A DNA stretch of 64,000 nucleotides. It comes from an uncultured archaeon (GTDB lineage Archaea > Hadarchaeota > Hadarchaeia > Hadarchaeales > Hadarchaeaceae). A model generated the notes under the pieces. It searched no databases, was not told where the DNA came from, and saw only the letters and a program-made list of their open reading frames with translations. The stretch's first letter is position 1; every line of letters starts with the position of its first letter. The DNA is taken from contig CAKZTQ010000004.1 in the NCBI GenBank assembly GCA_937921735.1, forward strand, positions 2,249 through 66,248, read 5' to 3'. Position numbers and translations under genes: made by a program. Of the stretch, positions 43,020 through 52,654 are shown piece by piece.

Positions 43020-43490
43020 ATGGCTAAAATCCTCATCCAAGGTCTGGGTGATGTGCCCATACCGATCGAATTGGCGCTCGAGAGGGAAAAACCTGATGTT
43101 ACATACATCCTATGCTCAGAATATCAGATGAAGAATGTCGCTAGGTCTGCGGGCTATAAAAAAACGTCCCAGGCGGTCATTGAGAAGGTGGCTAAGAAAA
43201 CCGGCACGAAAGTCGTGTTTCAATTGTGTGATATCTTCAGCCCTCAATCCGTCAGCGAGGCCATCGGGCAAGTGATAAAGCAAATTAAGCCGGACGACGA
43301 GGTGATAATAAATTATACGGGTGGCGCGGCCATCGTAAAATTGCTCTTGGGCGCGACCGCTGTGGTGTTATCGAGATTTCTACCCATTAGGATAATCTAT
43401 GCGCTGAGGCTCAGCGATGGAAAAGAAATATTCCGCGATCAAACGGAGGAATTAGGAGAGATCTTTAGACAACTTTACGAGTTCTTCTAA
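43020..43490 (+). CDS. Stand-alone CARF-domain (CRISPR-associated Rossmann fold)-like protein
   Basis: beta1 ILIQGLGDVP, KPDVTYILCS and VIINYTGG motifs; 156 aa with no effector domain. Confidence 0.7.
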   Translation: MAKILIQGLGDVPIPIELALEREKPDVTYILCSEYQMKNVARSAGYKKTSQAVIEKVAKKTGTKVVFQLCDIFSPQSVSEAIGQVIKQIKPDDEVIINYTGGAAIVKLLLGATAVVLSRFLPIRIIYALRLSDGKEIFRDQTEELGEIFRQLYEFF

Positions 43491-43517
43491 TATCGGTTTC
43501 TGCAAACCCAATCCCAT

Positions 43518-45401
43518 CTATTCCTCCGGGAAATTTTCTGGCGGGATGTGGTTACCGAACTTCTCTCTTGCTTTTATTAGGCGTTCTTCCTGTTCATTGA
43601 GGACTTCGAAAAGCTCAGGTGGCGCATCTGGGATGCCCCTCCAAAATTCTCTTACTCTTTTGATTTTTCGCAAATTTTCATTGACCCTGATCGTGAATTG
43701 GCGGATATAGTCCTCTTTTTTATAAACTCTGTTGAGGACTTTTTTGAACAATTCGGCTAAATCCTCGTATTTCGGGAGAAGCCCGGTTGGGGACCTTATG
43801 GCGCCCACGTCGTTGTGTACGCGTAGCTCCATCCATTTAACCCAAACATGTTTGTCGCAGCGATCGTTAAGGAACTCCCCGGTTTTTAGGTCGCGCAAAA
43901 AGTAGTTGACACCAAAGACGAGGGGGATTTTCTTTAACTTCTCACCAAACTCCAGATAATTTTTGATATATTGACCCAAAGGGATTGAGATAAAATCTTG
44001 AATGCTCATTATGTTTATCTCATACTTGCCGATTTCTTCGACCAAGGCAAAGGTGGTTTCTGTTTCCAGCGAAGCGCCGTAGGCGATAATGCCGTGTTTC
44101 CAATCGAAACCTTGCTGGACGGGTACATATGCTCTATAGTCGCGGCCCCCAAACATTATCCCGCCGAGTTGCACCCCTTGGGGATTATCTAGTTCTGGAT
44201 CGCAGTTTGGCACCGTTTTGAGGGATACGGTGTACCGAGCATTTTCGCTGGCCGCGGGGATCTCTTTCCCATTGGGACCCATTTTCCCTTTGTACCACTT
44301 TCCGGAGAAATTTATCCCACTTTCCGGAAGTTCGCAACCCATGCCCAGCCACCACGGCTTAGCGTCCTTGACCAAGACGTTGGAGAAAATGATTTCGTTT
44401 GGTGTGGTCAGCACCTGATAGATCAGAGGATCGTCTTTAGAATTGACGTTTTGGAGTATACCAAAGATCCCGGCCTCGACGTTTACCGCGCGGCAAATTC
44501 CGTCTATGTTCCGAACGTAGACGATATCATCGGCAAGTATGGTTTCTCCCGGGAGCATTGCGGTGGAAGTCTTACCGCAAGCGCTCGGAAAGGCGCCGGC
44601 TAAATAAGTTTTGCGCCCATTTGGGCCGTGGACCCCCATTATCATAAAGTGCTCGGCAAGCCAACCTTCCCGGTGAGCCTTACGAATCGCTAGGCGGAGC
44701 GCGAGCTTTTTGAAACCTATCGAGTTACCAGCATACTGAGTATTGACGCTGTAGACAGTGTTCGTCAGATAATCGATGTAAATGCGTTTTTTCTCCGGCT
44801 CAGCACTTATCATTCTTTCGTCCACCTTTCCAGAGGAGTGTAAAGTCTTGAAGAAATCGGTTCCTCGGGACATGCGGAGAAACGTTTCGTAGCCCCTTCG
44901 ATAAAGGAGGCTTACGGAATGGGCCACATACCAAGAATCAGTACATTCCATACATGGAATGGTGAACGGAGAATTAGCGGGCCCCAACGTGAGGAATCGG
45001 ACGATCATTGTACGGCCTTTCATGGCATCTCTGAGCAGTTCAAATATTTCCTTTAACCCCTCATCGCGGTCGATTTGCTTCAGTGCCGGGCTCAAGAAAT
45101 CCCCCTTTGGTACGAGGAACTTTGTGACCTCGCGGTCCCTCCCTTGATCGTAGTAGCCATCAAAATGAAAAGTGTGGCCAGGGATGGCCAGCGCCGCACT
45201 TTCTTCGCCGCTGGCGATAGCCATGTGCTTAATGTATGCGATGTCATCCGGGGAATCGTCGCAGATAAAGATCTCTTTCGGGTTACAAAGCTCGACCGCT
45301 TCTAAGATGAACTGGTAGACCTCTGGATGGGGTATTGCGCTGAGTTTCTCGTAATTAACCTTGCTCATCCTCGATCTCAATTTTTCGAGATTTTCGTCCA
45401 T
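43518..45401 (-). CDS. pckG: Phosphoenolpyruvate carboxykinase (GTP)
   Basis: YAGNSIGFKK, WLAEH, AFPSACGKTSTAM, ADDI, NARY, FGGRD motifs. Confidence 0.96.
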   Translation of the reverse strand: MDENLEKLRSRMSKVNYEKLSAIPHPEVYQFILEAVELCNPKEIFICDDSPDDIAYIKHMAIASGEESAALAIPGHTFHFDGYYDQGRDREVTKFLVPKGDFLSPALKQIDRDEGLKEIFELLRDAMKGRTMIVRFLTLGPANSPFTIPCMECTDSWYVAHSVSLLYRRGYETFLRMSRGTDFFKTLHSSGKVDERMISAEPEKKRIYIDYLTNTVYSVNTQYAGNSIGFKKLALRLAIRKAHREGWLAEHFMIMGVHGPNGRKTYLAGAFPSACGKTSTAMLPGETILADDIVYVRNIDGICRAVNVEAGIFGILQNVNSKDDPLIYQVLTTPNEIIFSNVLVKDAKPWWLGMGCELPESGINFSGKWYKGKMGPNGKEIPAASENARYTVSLKTVPNCDPELDNPQGVQLGGIMFGGRDYRAYVPVQQGFDWKHGIIAYGASLETETTFALVEEIGKYEINIMSIQDFISIPLGQYIKNYLEFGEKLKKIPLVFGVNYFLRDLKTGEFLNDRCDKHVWVKWMELRVHNDVGAIRSPTGLLPKYEDLAELFKKVLNRVYKKEDYIRQFTIRVNENLRKIKRVREFWRGIPDAPPELFEVLNEQEERLIKAREKFGNHIPPENFPEE

Positions 45402-45440
45402 TTTTTTACCTCTTTTTCATCTTAGTCGCGATAGGATTTC

Positions 45441-45478
45441 ATAAACGTAAAGGTTTATAAGGATTTTGTTAACAAAAT
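45441..45478. promoter_or_regulatory. Operator-like palindromes in the pckG/Lrp divergent promoter
   Basis: Perfect ATTTTGTTAACAAAAT (45463-45478) just after TTTATAA (45454-45460), and ATAAAC-N6-GTTTAT (45441-45458). Confidence 0.6.
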
Positions 45479-45486
45479 GTTAAATA

Positions 45487-45963
45487 ATGCTGAGCGAGAA
45501 ACATAAGAAAATCCTGATCCAGTTGCTCAAGGATTGCCGCCAGCCAATTTCGAAAATAGCGAAGGACCTAGGGATAACGAGGCAGACGGTCGGTAAGAAG
45601 ATCGAAGAGCTTAGGGAATGGGGGATAATAGATTCCTTTTCAGCGAAGTTGAATCCCGAGAAATTCGGCCTCACGACCAAGGCATATATCCTCATCCGCG
45701 AGGACCCGAGGGCGGAGATAAGGAGAAAAAACGAGGAGATAATCAGGCAATTTCATCAGGTATCGGAGTTCTATCGCCTGTTCGGGCGATATGATGCTGT
45801 CCTGGAGGTCCGGGTAAGGGACAGCAAAGAGCTGACCGACCTCATCAAGAAGATCCACGCACTCGAGGGGGTTAAGGAAACCGAGACTCTGATCGTCCAC
45901 AGCACCATTAAGGATAATCCGGAGGAACCATTTCTTCAGGTCTTGGAGGCCGAAGCTACGTGA
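45487..45963 (+). CDS. Lrp/AsnC family transcriptional regulator
   Basis: L.KDCRQPISKIAKDLG...TV HTH; RLFGRYD RAM domain. Confidence 0.93.
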   Translation: MLSEKHKKILIQLLKDCRQPISKIAKDLGITRQTVGKKIEELREWGIIDSFSAKLNPEKFGLTTKAYILIREDPRAEIRRKNEEIIRQFHQVSEFYRLFGRYDAVLEVRVRDSKELTDLIKKIHALEGVKETETLIVHSTIKDNPEEPFLQVLEAEAT

Positions 45964-46717
45964 GGTCTCCGCAAGCGCAGAAGACTTCGTGCAAGATGTC
46001 ATAAAGCTCGATCATCCCCTCACCAGTTTTCGCGCTCACCTTCGCGATCCTCGCGGCTGGCAGTAACTCGGGCAACACCTTGGATATCCCCAGCGCCAAG
46101 TCAATCATTACCCCTCGACTTTCATCGATGATTTTCTTTCTCGAGAACTCCGCATCCGTTAACATTTGCTCGATATTCGCCAACTCGTCCTTCACCAAGT
46201 CGATTTTGTTCAAGACATTTATCGTCGGAACCCCAAGCCCTAGGTTTATCGACAGCCCTAGCAGTTGCGCGAAGGTCAGACCAGTGGCCTTGACCGCGAT
46301 TTGAGCATCGATGAGGAAAAGCGAGAGCGTCGTGCCGGACATCAATCCCGCTATTTCCCGTCCCCCATGGAATAGAAAGATCTCCATCTGCCCCGGGGTG
46401 TCTATCATCTTGACGTCGGCCTCGATCTCGTTTATCCTCCTCGATAGCTGCGTCACGTTTTCCTTTAGCCGCTCAGAGGCCCGGATCATCGCCCCATTCG
46501 GCCCAAGCTTTTCCTCCCTCATGATCCGCTCGATGGTGAAGTACTCTCTGATGTCGAAGTCAGGTTCGAACGGCACGTAATCGCAACCGGGATCCAAATT
46601 GATGTAGGCGACGCTTTGTCCGGTATTTTCTTGGATCCATTTACCAAAGCTCGAGCTAAGTGAACTCTTCCCGGCTCCAGCCGTCCCTAGCACGATGAGG
46701 TTTAATGGTCTAGGCAC
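45956..46717 (-). CDS. GPN-loop GTPase
   Basis: GTAGAGKS, NLDPG, LGPNG, IDTPGQME, NKIDL motifs. GTG start overlaps the elp3 stop. Confidence 0.93.
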   Translation of the reverse strand: MPRPLNLIVLGTAGAGKSSLSSSFGKWIQENTGQSVAYINLDPGCDYVPFEPDFDIREYFTIERIMREEKLGPNGAMIRASERLKENVTQLSRRINEIEADVKMIDTPGQMEIFLFHGGREIAGLMSGTTLSLFLIDAQIAVKATGLTFAQLLGLSINLGLGVPTINVLNKIDLVKDELANIEQMLTDAEFSRKKIIDESRGVMIDLALGISKVLPELLPAARIAKVSAKTGEGMIELYDILHEVFCACGDLT

Positions 46718-48320
46718 GCCCTTCCCCCGCAAGCCTCTTTACCATATATGGACCCTCTCGTTCATAACCGAACCGCCGATAGTATTCCCTGACGCCGATT
46801 CCGGAAAGTACCGCGATCTTATGCATGCCAAGCTCGCGGGCAAGCCGTTCTGCCTCGGCCAGCAATCTTTCCCCTAATCGCAAGTGCTGCCATTCGCCGG
46901 CTTGGGCCTCCTCGCCGACCGGCACCAACGGTCCGTAGACGTGTAGCTCTCGGACGATCGCGGTGTGTCCTCTTATCTCCGGGCGGTGCGCGCGCGGCGA
47001 GGGTAAACGCAAGCGCAGAAGCGCGACCAACAGGTCTAGCTTGGTGTCCTCAAACGACAGGAAATATTCTATCCCCTCGTTTGCCTCATAGCTCTCGACC
47101 AATAGCTCGATGTTTTCCATCCGGGGCTCGACGCCAGCTTTAAGTGCCGCCAGCCCAACCTCGCGGCAACGGATGCAGCGGCAGCGACCGCCCAAACGCT
47201 TGAGCTCGTCTTCCACCAACTGCGCGAGGTTGCCGTGCTTCACGCCAGCCTCGATAAGCTTAGCCGGGATATCCCGCTGGATGCGATGTACCCTTACCCA
47301 ACGTGGCATGATGAGTTTGGCTTGGGCTATGAGTTTTGCCGCTTCCTCCGACCCCATCGCTTTGAACTCACCTCGGAGCCAGCGTTCGTGTAGTTCGGTC
47401 CCCCGTAGCACTAGGCAAGGATAGATCTTAAGCCCGTCCGGCCTGAAGCGCGGGTCCTCGAACAGCTGCCGGAACATTTGCAGGTCGCGTTCGAAGTCGG
47501 ACCCCGGTAAGCCCGGCATCATGTGGTATATCACCACAAAGCCAGCATCCTTCAGCGTGCGCGTTGCCTCGATCACGTCCTCTACCGTATGACCTCGCTT
47601 GATCAACTCGTAAACGTCGTCGTAAAGCGTTTGAACCCCTAGCTCGACGCGCGTAGCCCCCAGCCTCAGCAGGAGGTCCACATGCTCCGCTCGAGCCCAA
47701 TCCGGGCGGGTCTCGAAGGTGATGCCTGAGTTCCTTATGCGTGCCCGCTCGGCCATGGCTTGGGCTTCCTCGATGGTTTCGGCTTTGGCACCGCTCAACG
47801 CGTTCAGGCACTGAATGGTGAACCACTCTAGGTACTCGGGGGGTTGAGCTAGCTGGGTGCCTCCGAGCACGATGAACTCGACCTTGTCCACGCGATGGCC
47901 TATCGCCTCGAGCTGCCTGAGCCTCGAGAGCACCTGTCTTTGAGGGTCGTAGTTCGCTTCTTTAGCCCGCAATCCTGCTGGCTCCTCCCCCGTGTAGCTC
48001 TGGGGGGTGCCGAATTTCGGGCCGCCGGGACAGTAAATGCAAGGAGGAGATTGTGGACAAGTATAGGGCTTGGTCATGACCGTGATTATGGACACGCCGG
48101 AAGCTGTTCGGACGGGCTTTCGCTTCAATACCGTGAGCAACTTCGGTTTTTCCTCGTCGGCGGCATAAGCTAATATTTCGGCGTTACTCGGTACCTTCGA
48201 CAGGCGAAATTCTCTAGCGGCCCATATCTTTGCCGAGTTCAAGGCTCGCATATCGCCAGCCCAGCCGGCTAAGATTTTTTGGATTATCGCGCGGCAGGCT
48301 TGGGCCATAGGGTCTCGCAT
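46710..48320 (-). CDS. elp3: tRNA uridine(34) acetyltransferase Elp3 (radical SAM + KAT)
   Basis: RTASGV, CP...CIYCPGG, ETRPD, VELGVQT, HMMPGLPG, WQHLRLG..L, IGVREYY motifs. Start at ATG 48320 or 48308. Confidence 0.95.
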   Translation of the reverse strand: MRDPMAQACRAIIQKILAGWAGDMRALNSAKIWAAREFRLSKVPSNAEILAYAADEEKPKLLTVLKRKPVRTASGVSIITVMTKPYTCPQSPPCIYCPGGPKFGTPQSYTGEEPAGLRAKEANYDPQRQVLSRLRQLEAIGHRVDKVEFIVLGGTQLAQPPEYLEWFTIQCLNALSGAKAETIEEAQAMAERARIRNSGITFETRPDWARAEHVDLLLRLGATRVELGVQTLYDDVYELIKRGHTVEDVIEATRTLKDAGFVVIYHMMPGLPGSDFERDLQMFRQLFEDPRFRPDGLKIYPCLVLRGTELHERWLRGEFKAMGSEEAAKLIAQAKLIMPRWVRVHRIQRDIPAKLIEAGVKHGNLAQLVEDELKRLGGRCRCIRCREVGLAALKAGVEPRMENIELLVESYEANEGIEYFLSFEDTKLDLLVALLRLRLPSPRAHRPEIRGHTAIVRELHVYGPLVPVGEEAQAGEWQHLRLGERLLAEAERLARELGMHKIAVLSGIGVREYYRRFGYEREGPYMVKRLAGEGRA

Positions 48321-48393
48321 GCGATCCCAAATAACATTCAACGTGCGATAAGATAATTGGTTAGGCTTGATATCCGCGTAGTTATTAGTTAGT

Positions 48394-50601
48394 ATGGTGC
48401 CTTCCGTGAAGCTCGACGATTTAGTCGAAAGATACGGCATGCCTAGACAGGTAATCGAGGCAATAAAAAAAGCAGGCATAACGGAGCTCTATCCCCCGCA
48501 GGAGGAGGCCTTGAAAAAGGGCCTGCTGGAGGGAAAAAACTTAGTTTTAGCCATCCCAACCGCCGCCGGGAAGACGCTTGTCGCGGAGCTCTGCATGTTG
48601 AAATCCATATTCAGGGTCAGCGGCAGGTGTCTCTACGTCGTGCCCCTACGTGCCCTCGCGCGCGAGAAGTACGAAGAATTCAAGCAGAGGTATGAGCCCC
48701 TGGGCATCAGCATCGGCATAGCTACAGGGGATTACGATGTCGTCGACCCGAGATTGGCTAGGTATCAAATACTGATCGCTACCAGCGAAAAAGTCGATTC
48801 CCTACTTCGGCACCGGGCCAAGTGGTTGGGCGATGCGTTGACCGTGGCGGTGCTCGACGAGGTGCACCTCATCAATGACCCGGCTAGGGGCCCCACGCTG
48901 GAAATGCTCACTGCGCGCCTACGACAGGTCAACCCAGACCTCCAATTACTCGCGCTCAGCGCTACTATCATGAACTCAAACGAGATCGCCGACTGGCTGG
49001 ACGCGGAGTTGGTGACGAGCAATTGGCGCCCGGTCCCGCTTAAGGAGGGCGTTTACTATGAGGGAAGGATAAGGTTCGCCGACGCGTCAACGCGTGAGGT
49101 TGGCGTTGGCGCCACGGAGGAACTCGCGACGCTCGCCCTCGATACGGTGCGCGAAGGAGGGCAAGCGCTGATATTTGTGAGCACGAGGCGATCGGCCCAA
49201 GCTGTCGCAAGCGCGATTGCTAAGCACATCCGCGATTTGCTAACCCCTGAGGAACGATCGTCCTTGGGCGAAGTGGCTAGATCCGTCGAGGGGGCACTGG
49301 GGGAGCCCACGCGAACTTGTAAACGCCTCGCCGACTGCGTTCGGCACGGCACCGCCTTCCACCACGCCGGTCTCCACGCCGCGCAGAGGAGGGCCATCGA
49401 GGACGCGTTCCGCCAGAACTTGATAAAGGCGATGGCCGCCACGCCGACCCTTGCGGCGGGCGTCAACTTGCCCGCTAGGCGAGTGGTGATCCGTGACTAT
49501 CGCCGGTACGAGCCAACCTTTGGGTCCCAGTTCATCCCGGTCCTAGAATACAAGCAGATGGCGGGGCGGGCCGGGCGACCGAAATATGACAGGTACGGTG
49601 AAGCGGTGCTTGTAGCGAGGAGCGAGGACGAGAGCGAGGCGCTGTTCGAGGAGTTCATCAAAGCCAAGCCTGAGCGCATCACTTCAAAGCTCGCCTCCGA
49701 GCCCGCCCTCCGTTCGCACGTGCTGGCCTCGATCGCGGCCGGCTACGTAACGAGCCTGAGGGGCATGCTGGATTTCATCGGTCACACCTTTTTCGCTTAC
49801 CAATACGGCGCGGATCAAGTCGCCCACGTGATCGAGCGGGTGCTTGATTTCCTGAAGCAGGAGGATATGGTGAGGCAGCACGGCGAACGCCTCGTAGCTA
49901 CGCCCTTCGGCGAACGAATATCCTGGCTTTACATAGACCCGATGTCGGGCGTCGTGCTGCGGGATGGTTTGAAGAGGGCTCAAAAAATTCAACCTACCAC
50001 GTTCAGCTTCCTGCACTTGATCTGCAGCACCCCAGATATGGAACTGCTTTACCCCAAGAGGCGAGATTACTCGGAGCTGGACCTCTTCGTGACCGAGCAT
50101 ATGAACGAGTTTCTCACCCATATGCCGGATGAGTACTCGGAACCTGAAGCCTATGAATATTTTTTGGCTGAGGTGAAGACTGCCCTCATGTTACAGATGT
50201 GGATAGACGAAGCGCCGGAGGACAGCATCCACGAACGATTTGGCATAGGTGCAGGTGACATCAGGCGCGCGGTTGACACCGCCGACTGGTTGCTCTACTC
50301 CGCACAGGAGTTGGCAAAGCTCTTCAAGATCAAGGGGGTGGCACCCGCGCTGCGCGATCTGCGCAAACGCGTGCGTTACGGCGTCAGGGAGGAGTTGTTA
50401 GAACTCGTCGAGTTGAGGGGTATAGGGCGCGTGCGTGGTCGCAGTTTGTACAAGGCGGGATATAGGGGGCTCGCTGATATAAGGAAAGCGGACGTTAAAG
50501 AGCTTGCCCAAGTCCCCCACATCGGCCTGGAGATAGCAAAAAGCATCAAACAGCAGCTAGAGCATGGCCTTGAGGGGACACTCGAGTGGGTTGAAGTCTA
50601 A
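48394..50601 (+). CDS. hel308: Ski2-like DNA helicase Hel308/Hjm
   Basis: IPTAAGKT, DEVH, LSAT, FHHAGL, TPTLAAGVNLPA, QMAGRAGRP motifs; C-terminal HhH. Confidence 0.96.
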   Translation: MVPSVKLDDLVERYGMPRQVIEAIKKAGITELYPPQEEALKKGLLEGKNLVLAIPTAAGKTLVAELCMLKSIFRVSGRCLYVVPLRALAREKYEEFKQRYEPLGISIGIATGDYDVVDPRLARYQILIATSEKVDSLLRHRAKWLGDALTVAVLDEVHLINDPARGPTLEMLTARLRQVNPDLQLLALSATIMNSNEIADWLDAELVTSNWRPVPLKEGVYYEGRIRFADASTREVGVGATEELATLALDTVREGGQALIFVSTRRSAQAVASAIAKHIRDLLTPEERSSLGEVARSVEGALGEPTRTCKRLADCVRHGTAFHHAGLHAAQRRAIEDAFRQNLIKAMAATPTLAAGVNLPARRVVIRDYRRYEPTFGSQFIPVLEYKQMAGRAGRPKYDRYGEAVLVARSEDESEALFEEFIKAKPERITSKLASEPALRSHVLASIAAGYVTSLRGMLDFIGHTFFAYQYGADQVAHVIERVLDFLKQEDMVRQHGERLVATPFGERISWLYIDPMSGVVLRDGLKRAQKIQPTTFSFLHLICSTPDMELLYPKRRDYSELDLFVTEHMNEFLTHMPDEYSEPEAYEYFLAEVKTALMLQMWIDEAPEDSIHERFGIGAGDIRRAVDTADWLLYSAQELAKLFKIKGVAPALRDLRKRVRYGVREELLELVELRGIGRVRGRSLYKAGYRGLADIRKADVKELAQVPHIGLEIAKSIKQQLEHGLEGTLEWVEV

Positions 50602-50649
50602 GACCATAAGGTTTATTGCCGCGGTAAAAATTGTCGACTGGGGACAAAT

Positions 50650-51999
50650 TTGCCGATTCACCCGATCGAGGAAAGGTATGGTAGCTCCGAGATGCGCGCG
50701 ATCTTCAGCGCTGAGAGCCGTTATCAACGAATGCTTGACGTCGAAGCAGCGCTTGCGAGGGCTCTCGCGAAACGGGGCTTGATCCCAGCGGTCGCTGCTA
50801 AGAAGATCACCCAAATGGCCTCCACCAAGTTCGTGAAGATCGAGCGTATTCGTGAGATAGAGCGCGAGGTAGCGCACGAGACCATGGCGCTGGTGCTCGC
50901 CCTTGCCGAGGCCTGCGGCGAGGAGGGGAGATACGTGCATTTTGGTGCGACCAGCAACGATATCCTCGATACCGCGATGGGGCTACAAATCCGCGATGCC
51001 CTCTCCGTCGTGGAGCGAGACCTGCGCAAGTTGCTAGGAATTGTGCTGGACAAGGCATCCAGATACAAGGACACGGTGATGGTCGGTCGGACGCATGGAC
51101 AGCATGCCGTACCGATTACACTGGGCTTTAAGTTCGCGATCTGGGCATGTGAGTTGGCGAGACATGTTGAAAGGCTTGAGCAGCTTAAGCCTAGGGTGAT
51201 CGTCGGGAAGATGAGTGGGGCGGTTGGCACCGGGGCAGCATGGGGGGAGAAGGGACCGAGGATCCAAGAGGCGGTGATGGCGGATCTTGGGTTACAGGGC
51301 GCATTGGCGACGAATCAAATACTCCAGCGGGACCGTCTCGCCGAACTGGTGGCGTTCTTCGGATTACTTGCGAGTTCGCTGGACAAGTTCGCCAGGGAGA
51401 TAAGGAATCTTCAACGCACCGAGATCGCGGAGGTCGAGGAACCATTTCTAGAGCGCCAGATCGGCAGTAGCACGATGCCCCACAAGCGCAACCCGATAAG
51501 ATGCGAGAAGATCTGCGGTTTGGCTAGGATATTGCGCGCGAACGTGCAAGCCGCTCTGGAAAACGTGGTGCTGGAACATGAGAGGGATCTAAGCAACTCC
51601 TCGTGCGAGAGGATACTATTGCCCGAGTGCTTTTTGCTGATGGACGAAATCCTCAAGACCGCCTGTGGAATATTGGATGAGCTGGTTGTACATCCGGAGC
51701 AAATGGAGCGCAATCTTCGGTTGACTCAAGGCTTGAACATGGCGGAGGCGGTGATGATCGAGTTAACAAAGCGTGGCATGAGCCGGCAAGATGCGCACGC
51801 GATACTGAGGGAGTGCAGCTTCGAAGCTCTTCGAAAGAAGGCCTCTTTTGCGGAGGTGTTGCGCCAGGACGCTCGTGTGACCAAATACATCCCAGCAGAT
51901 GAGATCGAGGATCTGCTTGACCCGCGGAGATATTTGGGTAGCGCGGTAACAATCGTCGAAGAAGTCGTAAAGAAGTTACGCAGGTATCAAATAAAATAA
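50650..51999 (+). CDS. purB: Adenylosuccinate lyase
   Basis: HFGATSND, GRTHGQHA, GSSTMPHKRNP, HERDLSNS motifs. TTG start. Confidence 0.96.
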   Translation: MPIHPIEERYGSSEMRAIFSAESRYQRMLDVEAALARALAKRGLIPAVAAKKITQMASTKFVKIERIREIEREVAHETMALVLALAEACGEEGRYVHFGATSNDILDTAMGLQIRDALSVVERDLRKLLGIVLDKASRYKDTVMVGRTHGQHAVPITLGFKFAIWACELARHVERLEQLKPRVIVGKMSGAVGTGAAWGEKGPRIQEAVMADLGLQGALATNQILQRDRLAELVAFFGLLASSLDKFAREIRNLQRTEIAEVEEPFLERQIGSSTMPHKRNPIRCEKICGLARILRANVQAALENVVLEHERDLSNSSCERILLPECFLLMDEILKTACGILDELVVHPEQMERNLRLTQGLNMAEAVMIELTKRGMSRQDAHAILRECSFEALRKKASFAEVLRQDARVTKYIPADEIEDLLDPRRYLGSAVTIVEEVVKKLRRYQIK

Positions 52000-52583
52000 C
52001 GTGCACAGCTCATCGCGAACCCTGTGGCTATGGGAATGGTTAAGTTATCGTTTAGGGGCAGAAGTTCGATGCAGGCGGCCGCGGTAGCTCCTGCTAAGGA
52101 CAGCATCGCTGATGTATGAAAAGGCAACCTAAACCCCGCGACGAATATGGAAGCATTGGTAACGATTGCAACCGAAAACAGGGTTAACGTGCCCTCCAAC
52201 GTTTTTTTGCCGACTAGCCTATGGCGACCCCATCTCCTGCCTATAACTGCGGCCGCGCCGTCTGCTATAACCGCTACGAACATCGCGGCTATCGCTATGT
52301 CTTGGGGATATGCCAGCACCGCGACAAAGGCCCCAGCCGCGAAAAATACGTGCGCGCCAATCCCACGCCTCTCTTGAGGTCTTATCAGAGGTCTAATGTA
52401 TACATCGGCCTCTTTGGGTATACCAAATTTGATGCGGTAGAGCTCGGAAATTAAAAATATGAACAGAAAACTGCCCAACAAGAAGAGGATCACCTGTTTG
52501 TTGGTGGCCCAATAAATCAGTGGCACCACAAGCCCGATTAGATGGATGCATTTTCGATAGATTTCTGAAATTAAAGCGGCCAT
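51987..52583 (-). CDS. Dolichol/phytol kinase-like membrane protein
   Basis: RKCIHL, ADGAAAVIG..WG, KKTLEG, DNLTIP motifs. Confidence 0.88.
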   Translation of the reverse strand: MAALISEIYRKCIHLIGLVVPLIYWATNKQVILFLLGSFLFIFLISELYRIKFGIPKEADVYIRPLIRPQERRGIGAHVFFAAGAFVAVLAYPQDIAIAAMFVAVIADGAAAVIGRRWGRHRLVGKKTLEGTLTLFSVAIVTNASIFVAGFRLPFHTSAMLSLAGATAAACIELLPLNDNLTIPIATGFAMSCARYFI

Positions 52584-52654
52584 ATCGACTCAGAGCTAAC
52601 TATCGCTGTATGATTTAAAATCGCTAATCACCAAGGTGGAGAAGCAACAAATAT

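Noticed and set aside
43020-45401. Lower GC in pckG/CARF (25/60 at 43561-43620, 26/60 at 44401-44460) as a horizontally acquired islet
   Set aside because: Other spot counts in the segment reach 48-57%, and several housekeeping genes in the right half are similarly low. Needs a proper codon analysis.
48321-48479. N-terminal extension of elp3 in the ORF track
   Set aside because: It overlaps the divergent hel308 start and promoter; the real start is at 48320 or 48308.
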